From contig CAYGDW010000003.1 of NCBI GenBank assembly GCA_964348755.1, positions 2,313 to 66,312 of the forward strand: a DNA stretch of 64,000 nucleotides. The letters run 5' to 3'. A program made the position numbers and the translations under genes. Within the stretch, counting starts at the first letter, position 1; each line of letters starts with the position of its first letter. Below, piece after piece: positions 46,964-55,025 of this stretch. The stretch is from an uncultured Bacteroidales bacterium. Lineage in GTDB: Bacteria > Bacteroidota > Bacteroidia > Bacteroidales > UBA7960. The notes beneath the pieces are model-generated. The model was not told the DNA's origin and made no database searches. It saw only the letters and a list, made by a program, of their open reading frames with translations.

Positions 46964-48319
46964 TTATTCGTAGCGAAGAGAGGTTACGGGGTCCTTCCTG
47001 GCAGCTTTTCGGGCGGGCATATAGCCAAAAAGTATACCCACGGTAGCCGCCACACCAAATGAAATAAGTACCGACTGGGGCGACACGATTGTGAGGATGT
47101 CGGTAAAGTGCATAATTGCACGCGACAGGCCAATGCCCAGAAATATGCCAATTATGCCTCCGCTAATGCTTATCAGCACCGATTCGGCCAGAAACTGGAA
47201 TACCACATCTGACTTGCGTGCGCCCACCGCCAGGCGAATGCCTATTTCGCGGGTGCGCTCCATTACCGAGGCCAGCATAATATTCATAATACCTATGCCG
47301 CCAACAATCAGCGAGATTCCTGCAATTGCGCCCAGCACTATATTGAAGATATCTTTGGTTCGCTGTTCCTGCCTTAGCAGCAGTTCAGGGATGATTACCT
47401 CAAAGTCTTCAACCCCGTTGTGGCGGCGTATGAGCATACGCCGGATCAGCTCGGCTGTAGGAGCAAGCTGGCCGGAGTTTTCGACCTGAACAGTAACCCG
47501 GTCGAGCTGGTGGTAATTTTGGGGTTTTTCATCTTCGGCCGGGGCGGCCACCCCGCCAATAACAACCACATTTCGTGCAGCAGCCTGTTGGCTGTTGCGC
47601 TGCAAATCGGCCAGCGATAGTGCCGATCGATCCTGAAAGCGAAGCAGCATGGTTTGCACAGGGGTGTAAATCACGTTGTTGAATTCGCTTACGCCAAGGT
47701 TTTGAATGGCATTGTCGGTAACCAGGCGATCTTCTACCACCCCAATAACGGTGAGCCAGTTCACACCCGCCTTTATTTGTTTGCCAATGGGGTTGGTGTT
47801 TCCGAAAAATATACCCCGTATATTGTTTCCGATAATGGCCACTGGTTCGCCATTGCGAATGTGCTGAGTGGTAAACATGATTCCCTGCGAAAGGCTCAGA
47901 CGGTACACCTCAAAATAGTCGGGCGTAACGCCGGCAACCCTTACTTGCCTCCGAATGCCATCGTTCAGGGCAAAAGTGCTGATTTCGGCCTCGGGGCTTA
48001 CTTTCTGCACAGTAGGCACAATGTATTTTATGCTTTCGGCATCGGCCAGGGTAAGCCCGGGCGAGAAACGTCCGCGCTGGGTTTGATCCTGGCTTTGTTC
48101 GGTTGCAAAAAGTGGCCTGATAATTATGTTGTTTACACCCACCATTTTCATTTGTTCAAGTATTTCCTGGCGGGCCCCCGTACCAATGGCCATCATGGCT
48201 ATAACAGCTGCCACACCGAAAATAATGCCAAGTGCAGTGAGTATTGACCGGAACCGGTTGGCTAATACCGCATCAAAGGCGATATTGAGATTATACAGAT
48301 ATTTTTCGAATTGCTTCAT
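46964..48319 (-). CDS. ABC transporter permease, MacB/FtsX type
   Basis: An N-terminal TM 'RSILTALGIIFGVAAVIAM', a large periplasmic domain, and a C-terminal FtsX 3-TM bundle with 'ERTREIGIRLAVGA'. Confidence 0.85.
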   Translation of the reverse strand: MKQFEKYLYNLNIAFDAVLANRFRSILTALGIIFGVAAVIAMMAIGTGARQEILEQMKMVGVNNIIIRPLFATEQSQDQTQRGRFSPGLTLADAESIKYIVPTVQKVSPEAEISTFALNDGIRRQVRVAGVTPDYFEVYRLSLSQGIMFTTQHIRNGEPVAIIGNNIRGIFFGNTNPIGKQIKAGVNWLTVIGVVEDRLVTDNAIQNLGVSEFNNVIYTPVQTMLLRFQDRSALSLADLQRNSQQAAARNVVVIGGVAAPAEDEKPQNYHQLDRVTVQVENSGQLAPTAELIRRMLIRRHNGVEDFEVIIPELLLRQEQRTKDIFNIVLGAIAGISLIVGGIGIMNIMLASVMERTREIGIRLAVGARKSDVVFQFLAESVLISISGGIIGIFLGIGLSRAIMHFTDILTIVSPQSVLISFGVAATVGILFGYMPARKAARKDPVTSLRYE

Positions 48320-49572
48320 TGATTTTCTGTTTGCAACTGAACAAGTGACAGATCGCCGGCATTTTCGGGCAAGGTAAGCAGCACCATGTCGCCTTGGCTG
48401 AGGCCTTCAGAAATGATAATTTGGTTTTCGTTTCTCAGCCCCACCACTACCTGCTGTTTTACCACGCGGTTGCCAGCCTGGCGGTAAACCCAGGTAAGCG
48501 AGTTGTCGCCATGCACAGCTTCGATGGGCACAAACAGAACATCGGGTTCTGTATGTATAATTATAGTGTTTTTGGTGGTCATGGCCGGGCGCAAAATGGT
48601 GTCTGTCTCGTTTATTTGCAATTTTACCTCAAACACCCGAGCATCCTGGTTTGGCCGCTGCTCACCAATATTGGCCACTTCGGTAACAAAGCCTGTAAAC
48701 CTCTTTTCGGGGAATGCATCTACTACTATTTCGGCAGGTTGGTTAACCCTAACCTTGCTAATGTCTATTTCATTAACGTAAGTGCGCGACATCATTACCG
48801 AGAAATCGGGCAGGGTTGCCACAAAATTATCCCAGGTGCTGATTTGCGACCCCACGGTAATTTTTGTTCCGTCCCAATTGCGCCGGTAAATGACCATGCC
48901 GTCCTGGGGGGCATAAATTACAAATTCATCAATAACTTCAATCATGTTTTGATGGCGGCGTATTACCTGGTTGAGCGAGGCAGTAACTTCCTGCATTTTG
49001 GCTGTTGTCTGTTGCAATTTAAGCTCATAATTGGTTTTGGCCTGCTGGTAGGCCCGCTGGGCCTTGTCCATATTGATCTCGGCCTGGCGTATGGTGGCAG
49101 GAGGTTCAAAGCGCGACTGCTCAAGGGTAATCTGAGCTTCCTCAAAGTTAAACTGAAGGTTAATCAGCTCGTTGCGGGCATTGCGCAATTCCATGGTGGT
49201 GTCGAGCCGGGTTTGGGTATGTAGTGTTTGCAGTTTTTCAAGTTCAGTTTCAATATCCTTGAGGCGGTTGCTAATCTCGGTTCGGTCTAACGTAGCCACC
49301 CAGTCGCCAGCCTTTACCACAGAGCCTTCGGCAATGAGTTCGGCAATCTGAACATTCCATAAACCTACGGTTCGCAAACCAGCAGGGCCTTGAATGTTTT
49401 CAGATTTTTTGGCTTCGAGCTCGCCGCTGGTATGAACGCTAATGCGAAACTCGCCACGTTGAACCGGAACCCTGATGGTTTCGGCAACCCTTGGCCCCGA
49501 ACGCAGAAAATACCACAACGAAGCAACAATCAGCAAGCTAAGGCCAATCAAAATCCATCTTTTATACTTCAT
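48316..49572 (-). CDS. Efflux periplasmic adaptor (HlyD/MacA family)
   Basis: An N-terminal anchor, a long coiled-coil hairpin, and beta-barrel/lipoyl segments. Its stop overlaps the permease start as ATGA. Confidence 0.85.
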   Translation of the reverse strand: MKYKRWILIGLSLLIVASLWYFLRSGPRVAETIRVPVQRGEFRISVHTSGELEAKKSENIQGPAGLRTVGLWNVQIAELIAEGSVVKAGDWVATLDRTEISNRLKDIETELEKLQTLHTQTRLDTTMELRNARNELINLQFNFEEAQITLEQSRFEPPATIRQAEINMDKAQRAYQQAKTNYELKLQQTTAKMQEVTASLNQVIRRHQNMIEVIDEFVIYAPQDGMVIYRRNWDGTKITVGSQISTWDNFVATLPDFSVMMSRTYVNEIDISKVRVNQPAEIVVDAFPEKRFTGFVTEVANIGEQRPNQDARVFEVKLQINETDTILRPAMTTKNTIIIHTEPDVLFVPIEAVHGDNSLTWVYRQAGNRVVKQQVVVGLRNENQIIISEGLSQGDMVLLTLPENAGDLSLVQLQTENQ

Positions 49573-49922
49573 ATCTATAGAATTTATGAACCCAACAGGA
49601 CTTCAAAAATTAAAGTGTTTCAAATTTAGTCGAAAACCTTCAAAAAAAATGCAAAGATTCGTCCCCGAATAAACCTTTTTTAAAACAAACCAAGCACCCG
49701 CCCTCATATTCTGTCCGAAGTAAAACTAAACAGAATTACTCCAAGTGCAGGCAGTTTTGAACCTTTTCAAAACCCTGACAGTGGCCGGAATTTGAATTAT
49801 TATTGGTTTGACTGACTGTGTTTATACTGAGCCAAATATTTTTTTATTTACATTTGCAACAATTCAGTTTTCGACCGTAATTTAATAATATTGGTCTAAA
49901 CAACCTTAACCAACCCTAAAAA

Positions 49923-50399
49923 ATGATTCTCATGAAAAAAATTCTTTTAGCGAGCATATTCGGTGTATTTCTTTTAGCCGGAACGGCCTTTTTGCTGACG
50001 GCCAACGAGCCTGTTCAGAAGGCTGCAGAAGCAAGCAAGCCTTGTTGTGAAGCGGCGGCCAAAGCGGGCGAAAAGCATGCGGGCTGTGCTGGCCATGCAG
50101 CAGGAGCGGTTTGCTGCAAAACAGATGAGGGGAAACCCACCTCGGCTGCGGCAGGTTGTGCAGGTACAGCCGCTTGCGGAAAATCAGAAGCCAAAACAAA
50201 CCAGGCTGCTGCAGGTTGTGGAAGCGCAGCAGGCCAGGCCACTACCACCCCGGAAGGAGCAGGTTGCGGCGAAGCAAAACCCAAAACTTCTGGTTGCCAG
50301 GGTGCAACTACCCCGGCCACCCGCACCTCTGAGGCTGTACCCGGTGGGTGCACAAAACCTCCGGCTGGCGCAAGCACTCAGCGTGCTGAAAACAGATAA
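49923..50399 (+). CDS. Hypothetical secreted or anchored low-complexity Cys/Ala/Gly-rich protein
   Basis: Signal or anchor 'MKKILLASIFGVFLLAGTAFLL'. The mature part has 11 Cys in repeated (A/G)(A/G)GC contexts and two CC pairs, and no aromatic residues. It has its own terminator. The frame choice rests on the signal peptide, because several other frames are also open. Confidence 0.5.
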   Translation: MILMKKILLASIFGVFLLAGTAFLLTANEPVQKAAEASKPCCEAAAKAGEKHAGCAGHAAGAVCCKTDEGKPTSAAAGCAGTAACGKSEAKTNQAAAGCGSAAGQATTTPEGAGCGEAKPKTSGCQGATTPATRTSEAVPGGCTKPPAGASTQRAENR

Positions 50400-50432
50400 A
50401 ATTATTCCTGATGCACTTGTGCTTTGGGCAAA

Positions 50433-50466
50433 GGGCTGCTTTATCAAAGGCAGCCCATTGTTTTTT
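50433..50466 (+). terminator. Rho-independent terminator after the Cys-rich gene
   Basis: GGGCTGCTTT (50433-50442) pairs with AAAGGCAGCCC, giving a stem of about 10 bp with a 4-nt loop, followed by ATTGTTTTTT. Confidence 0.65.
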
Positions 50467-50484
50467 CCCGAAAGGGCATTTTTA

Positions 50485-50492
50485 TACTTTTG
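50485..50492 (+). promoter_or_regulatory. Candidate -7 box (TACTTTTG) for the thioesterase gene
   Basis: Matches TAnnTTTG, ending 14 nt upstream of ATG 50507. Confidence 0.35.
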
Positions 50493-50506
50493 TATTAAAA
50501 AGCAAC

Positions 50507-50890
50507 ATGACACATAATCTAACACCCGGCATAATGGGCAAACAGGCACTTACTGTTGGAGAAAACGATACGGCAGAAGCCTATAAATCAGGAACTGTGG
50601 CAGTATTTGCCACCCCAGCAATGATTGGATTAATGGAAAACACCGCTCACCTGAGCGTGCAACCCTATTTGGAAGAAGGCCATATAACTGTTGGAACAGA
50701 GGTAAATATTCGCCACATAAAGGCTACTCCTGTAGGAATGCAGGTTTGGGCAGAGTCGGAGCTGATCGGCATTGAAGGCAACAAGCTTAGGTTTAGCGTA
50801 AGCGCCCACGACGAAAAAGGTCAAATAGCCTATGGCACCCACACGCGCTACGTGGTGCATGGAGAGTTGTTTTTAAAGAGCCTAAAGTAA
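50507..50890 (+). CDS. Hotdog-fold thioesterase family protein
   Basis: The size (127 aa) and the pattern 'VFATPAMIGLMENTA...GTEVNIRHIKATPVG...LRFSVSAHDEKGQIAYGTHTRYVV' are typical of the small thioesterase family. I take ATG 50507 as the start. Confidence 0.7.
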   Translation: MTHNLTPGIMGKQALTVGENDTAEAYKSGTVAVFATPAMIGLMENTAHLSVQPYLEEGHITVGTEVNIRHIKATPVGMQVWAESELIGIEGNKLRFSVSAHDEKGQIAYGTHTRYVVHGELFLKSLK

Positions 50891-50946
50891 AATGCCCTAA
50901 GAAGGATTTTGAGCCAGGGCATTCTAAAAACCAATGCGGCTACGTG

Positions 50947-53769
50947 CTATTCCAGCCCTGTCCGTATGCGGTCGGCGCGTATCTGGGCCTCGTTAACCAT
51001 GCGTTGAGCATTGCGTTCGGCTTCGGTTTCGAGGTTTGCGGCGCGTTGGTCGGCTTCGCGAACCAGGGCTTGTGCGGCGCGTTGTGCTGCGACTTTGGCT
51101 ATTGGGCCGGTGGCTTCGTTTTCGAGTCGCAGGGCCTGCTGCCGTGCTTCTGAGCGAATGCGTGCGGCCGCTGTGCCTGCTTCACTCCTAACATTATCGG
51201 CCTGCCGGCGAGCTTGTGTCATAATCTGATCGGCACGGGCATCTAATTCGGCCTGTGCTTTTTGCCGGGCTTCATCAACGGTTTCGCGAACCCGACCCTC
51301 AATGCTGTCGCGAACCTGATTGGCTTGGCTTTGAATCTGGCTTTGAACCTGATCGCTTAGCTGGTTAACAAGGTCGTCAACAACCCCAGAAAGACCAAAT
51401 GAAACCTCAGGGCTGGCAAAATTTCCTTTAATAATTACGTCGAGAAACACCGTTTGACCCGGTGTTATTGAAAGACCTTTGCCGGCAGCCTGGCTCACCA
51501 GGTTGTCGAGCACGCGGTTGGCATCCCCGCCAAATTGTGCCCGTGGCATTTGCACATTCATAACATAGTGAATGGTTTTATCGAAAAAATTGCTGCCACT
51601 CACCGTAGCTTTCGACTGGCCAAAGTTCAGTTCGAACGGTTTCACATCGACTCTGCCATCCTTAAACCCAAACGAAAGCATAAGATTCCTTACCGACAGG
51701 TTTCGAAATTCTTCTACCCTGGTCAGTTCAGAAAGTTTGCTAAGTGCAGGTGTTTCCTTTAGCGTAAGCGATGCTGAGCTAAGGTTGCCCGAGCCAACAA
51801 GGGTATGGAGCAAAGGCGCCAGGTTGTTGTTGAGCTGGCTGCTAAGGTTAAGATTTGCCGAAACGGCACCCATGGCATACTGACCTATTGGAGCCAAAAG
51901 CTGAATGGTATTAAAGGCACTAAAAGCCTTTTGTATGTCGAATTGCGAAATATTGAGGCCAAGATTGATTTCAGGCGTTTCGCTCAGGGTGCTGTAAGTG
52001 CCGTTAAGAGCAAGGGTGCCGCCCAGCAAATTCATGCGAAGGCTTTGGAGCGATGCGCGGCTTTCGGCCACCCTGATCTGGCCATTTACGTTGGTAATGT
52101 CAAGATTACCGAACAACATCCTTTCGAAGCTTGATGTGAGGGAAAAATCGATGTTTGCGGGAACTTTAATGACCGATAAATTCATTGGCTCATCGGGTTT
52201 GCTTTCGGGCATGCCTTCCATGAGCTGATTAAGATTGAAGAATTTTGAGCTTGTATTGAACGATCCGCTAAGGAGCTGGTCGCTGAGCAAAAATCCCAGA
52301 AGGTTGTTGATACGTCCCGAAGCTGCCAGATCGCTCTCGCCCAGTTTCATCGAAAACGATGGAACACTTATAAACTGCGGCGACAACAGGAACTCACCGC
52401 GGCTAATTTCAACATTTTGGGGCAACACACTGGATGCCAAAAACAAGTCGCTGACATAAAAATGACCCTGGGCAAAAAAATCGTTAAATCTTTTGTTTTC
52501 GATAGCAGACATTCGGCCGCGGGCTTCAAGGTTGCTTTCTATAACTCCTCTAAGGGTTGTGCCTTCTTCGAGCGGATAAAAACGCCCCACCTGGCTCAGG
52601 TCAATTACCCCTTTTATCATTGCATCGATTTGGGGGTCGCTAAGGGGGGTTTTTAGGTTAAGGCGGGCATCAATGGGGTTTCCGCCCAGGTTCATTGTCA
52701 GCAGCGGAATATCAGTAACGGTAAGGTCGGCATGGCCACCTGGATTTGAAACACTGAGGCTGAGCTGAACGTTGCTTACCGGGGCAGGCAGGTCGGGATA
52801 CTGAAACATGCCATCCTTAATACCAACTTTAAGTCCGAAAGCAGGAATGTTGTCATCGGTCCACAGACCTTTGACAAATCCTGCCAGTTCGAGGCTGCCG
52901 GCAGTTTTCAGGGCACTGAAATCTTTGGTATAAACTGCCGGAATGATGGAGAGGAAGTTTTTAAACTCAGACCGCAGGGCGGCAAAACTGAAATCCATCA
53001 AAATATCATTGCCGGGCAGGCCAATCGTTCCGTCGAATTTTACCGGTAGTTCATTTAGTACAAATTGGTTGTCGCTAAAAGTAAAGACCATATCGGCTAG
53101 GTTGGCCTCAATTTCGGCGGTTAGGCTTACCTCCACCTGGTTCAAAATGGGCATTTTATCGTAGAGCAGGCTAAATTGCCCGATGGTGGCGTTGCGGGTG
53201 GCAATGGTTGTAACATCGAGGCTTAAGTCGCCCCTTAGGGTGCCATTTACCCCTAAGGCATCCACGAAAATGGCAAGGCTATGGTCGTGGTATCTAAGGT
53301 TACCATCGGCTATGCGCAACTGATTCAAATGCAGGGCAAAAGGCTTTGCTTCCGGGATTTCTTCTTCGGTTACCTTAATAATATCCCAGTTGGCAGTGCC
53401 ATCGGGCAATACTTTAAGCAGTATGACGGGCCTGCTAAGCCTAATGCTTTTTATTTCGAAACCGCTTTCGCGCAAAAGGCTGAAAAGGTCAATGGTAACC
53501 GTGGTGCGACCTATGGTGGCCAGAGTGTCTTTTTCGAAAGGCCCGGCCCCAATAATTTTCAGGTCATTCAGTTGTAGTGTAGCATTTGGAAAATTTCGAA
53601 TGAGTGAAAGCCCAAAGTTGCCAAACTCAACAGTGGCATTGAGATTTTTGTTAATCTCGGTCTTTACGCGATCAACAATTTTACCCTTCAGGGCAAATGG
53701 CAATATTATTAAAAGGAGCAAAATACAAGCAACTACGATTGCGAAAATTCTCAAGGCTTTTTTGGCCAT
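50947..53769 (-). CDS. AsmA-family large envelope protein with a C-terminal coiled-coil extension
   Basis: An N-terminal anchor and an AsmA-like 'GKIVDRVKTEINKNLNATVEFGNFGLSLIRNFPNATLQLNDLKI'. The body is long and beta-rich, and the tail is Ala/Arg/Gln/Glu-rich. Confidence 0.7.
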   Translation of the reverse strand: MAKKALRIFAIVVACILLLLIILPFALKGKIVDRVKTEINKNLNATVEFGNFGLSLIRNFPNATLQLNDLKIIGAGPFEKDTLATIGRTTVTIDLFSLLRESGFEIKSIRLSRPVILLKVLPDGTANWDIIKVTEEEIPEAKPFALHLNQLRIADGNLRYHDHSLAIFVDALGVNGTLRGDLSLDVTTIATRNATIGQFSLLYDKMPILNQVEVSLTAEIEANLADMVFTFSDNQFVLNELPVKFDGTIGLPGNDILMDFSFAALRSEFKNFLSIIPAVYTKDFSALKTAGSLELAGFVKGLWTDDNIPAFGLKVGIKDGMFQYPDLPAPVSNVQLSLSVSNPGGHADLTVTDIPLLTMNLGGNPIDARLNLKTPLSDPQIDAMIKGVIDLSQVGRFYPLEEGTTLRGVIESNLEARGRMSAIENKRFNDFFAQGHFYVSDLFLASSVLPQNVEISRGEFLLSPQFISVPSFSMKLGESDLAASGRINNLLGFLLSDQLLSGSFNTSSKFFNLNQLMEGMPESKPDEPMNLSVIKVPANIDFSLTSSFERMLFGNLDITNVNGQIRVAESRASLQSLRMNLLGGTLALNGTYSTLSETPEINLGLNISQFDIQKAFSAFNTIQLLAPIGQYAMGAVSANLNLSSQLNNNLAPLLHTLVGSGNLSSASLTLKETPALSKLSELTRVEEFRNLSVRNLMLSFGFKDGRVDVKPFELNFGQSKATVSGSNFFDKTIHYVMNVQMPRAQFGGDANRVLDNLVSQAAGKGLSITPGQTVFLDVIIKGNFASPEVSFGLSGVVDDLVNQLSDQVQSQIQSQANQVRDSIEGRVRETVDEARQKAQAELDARADQIMTQARRQADNVRSEAGTAAARIRSEARQQALRLENEATGPIAKVAAQRAAQALVREADQRAANLETEAERNAQRMVNEAQIRADRIRTGLE

Positions 53770-53845
53770 ATCAGTAAGATTTTTTTTTATTTGGGAATAA
53801 ACCTGGTTGATTCTAAAGAAACAACAAAAAATAAGGCTTGCAGGT

Positions 53846-54928
53846 TTACAGATGCGAAATTTTATTGCGCATCAGGTGGTCGGCCAGGGTAAGGGCAGCC
53901 ATTGCCTCTACAATTGGCACCGCTCTTGGCACCACACAGGGGTCGTGCCTGCCTTTGACATGCATTTTAACGGGGGTCCCATCTTTATCGACAGTTTGTT
54001 GCTGAGAGCTGATTGTTGCTACGGGTTTAAATGCCACCCTGAAATAAATATTTTGCCCGTTGCTAATACCCCCTTGTATGCCTCCCGACTTGTTTGTAAG
54101 GGTTATAATGTTTCCGGCTGCATCGGTTGCAAAGGCGTCGTTGTGTACTGAACCTTTCATGGTTGCGGCTTCAAAGCCACATCCATAGTCGAACCCCTTG
54201 ACAGCATTTATGCTTAGCATTGCCTTTGCCAGGTCGGCCTGAAGCTTGTCGAACACAGGTTCGCCCAGCCCAGCGGGCACCCCGCGGGCCAGGCAGGTTA
54301 CTACCCCACCAGTGCTGTCGCCCTTTGCTTTTAGCTGTTCAATGTATTGGATCATTTGCATGGCCACTGCTTCATCGGGGCATCTTGCGTTGTTTGATTC
54401 AATTTGTTCAGTGGTTACCTTTTGGTGGTCAACTGCTGCCACTAACGGCCCGATGGCCGAAACCCATGCCAGTATTTCAACTCCATGTGGCTTTAGGAGC
54501 ATTTTGGCCAGGGCTCCAGCAGCAACCCTTGCGGCAGTTTCGCGGGCCGATGAGCGCCCGCCGCCGCGGTGGTCGCGATGGCCATACTTTATTTGCCACG
54601 AAAAATCGGCATGCGAAGGCCTGAAGACATCTTTCAGCTCGTTGTAATCATTTGGCCGGGTATCCAGGTTAGGAATAATGAAAGCGATGGGAGTGCCAAG
54701 TGAGCGGCCCTCGAAAATGCCCGAAAGAAACGACACCTGATCCTGTTCGCTGCGTGGAGTAGAAACCGACGATTGCCCAGGCCTGCGACGTGCCATATCT
54801 TTTTCTACAAAGCTTTGGTCTATGACTACGCCCGCCGGAAAACCGTCGAGTACCCCGCCAATGGCCGCACCATGCGACTCGCCAAAGGTGGTCAAACGCA
54901 ACGCAATTCCAAAAGTATTTGATGCCAT
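53846..54928 (-). CDS. aroC: Chorismate synthase
   Basis: 'FGESHG', 'RRPGQS', 'GGGRSSARET' and 'GRHDPCV' are the signature motifs. Confidence 0.95.
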   Translation of the reverse strand: MASNTFGIALRLTTFGESHGAAIGGVLDGFPAGVVIDQSFVEKDMARRRPGQSSVSTPRSEQDQVSFLSGIFEGRSLGTPIAFIIPNLDTRPNDYNELKDVFRPSHADFSWQIKYGHRDHRGGGRSSARETAARVAAGALAKMLLKPHGVEILAWVSAIGPLVAAVDHQKVTTEQIESNNARCPDEAVAMQMIQYIEQLKAKGDSTGGVVTCLARGVPAGLGEPVFDKLQADLAKAMLSINAVKGFDYGCGFEAATMKGSVHNDAFATDAAGNIITLTNKSGGIQGGISNGQNIYFRVAFKPVATISSQQQTVDKDGTPVKMHVKGRHDPCVVPRAVPIVEAMAALTLADHLMRNKISHL

Positions 54929-54943
54929 TTTACAAAATTAAGG

Positions 54944-54951
54944 TATTTTTG
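54944..54951 (+). promoter_or_regulatory. Candidate -7 box (TATTTTTG) for the secreted GH13 gene
   Basis: Matches TAnnTTTG in a divergent intergenic region. The opposite strand carries TAATTTTG (reverse complement of 54931-54938) just upstream of the aroC ATG. Confidence 0.35.
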
Positions 54952-55025
54952 CAAAGCCGGAAAAATTACTTAATGGGGCTTAGCCGCCAAAAATAAATGA
55001 ATGACAAATCCTTTGCTTTAAACCA

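Noticed and set aside
48394-49224. 276-aa ORF antisense to the HlyD-family adaptor
   Set aside because: This is a shadow ORF within a well-supported coiled-coil adaptor gene, with no motifs.
49930-50549. Four additional ORFs (both strands) overlapping the Cys-rich gene
   Set aside because: They are a consequence of the GC-rich low-complexity composition. Only the 49923 frame has a signal peptide, and the candidate promoter box and terminator lie on its strand. Their low-complexity Ala/Pro/Gly- or Arg/Lys/Gln-rich products have no start-site support. The choice of frame remains an inference.
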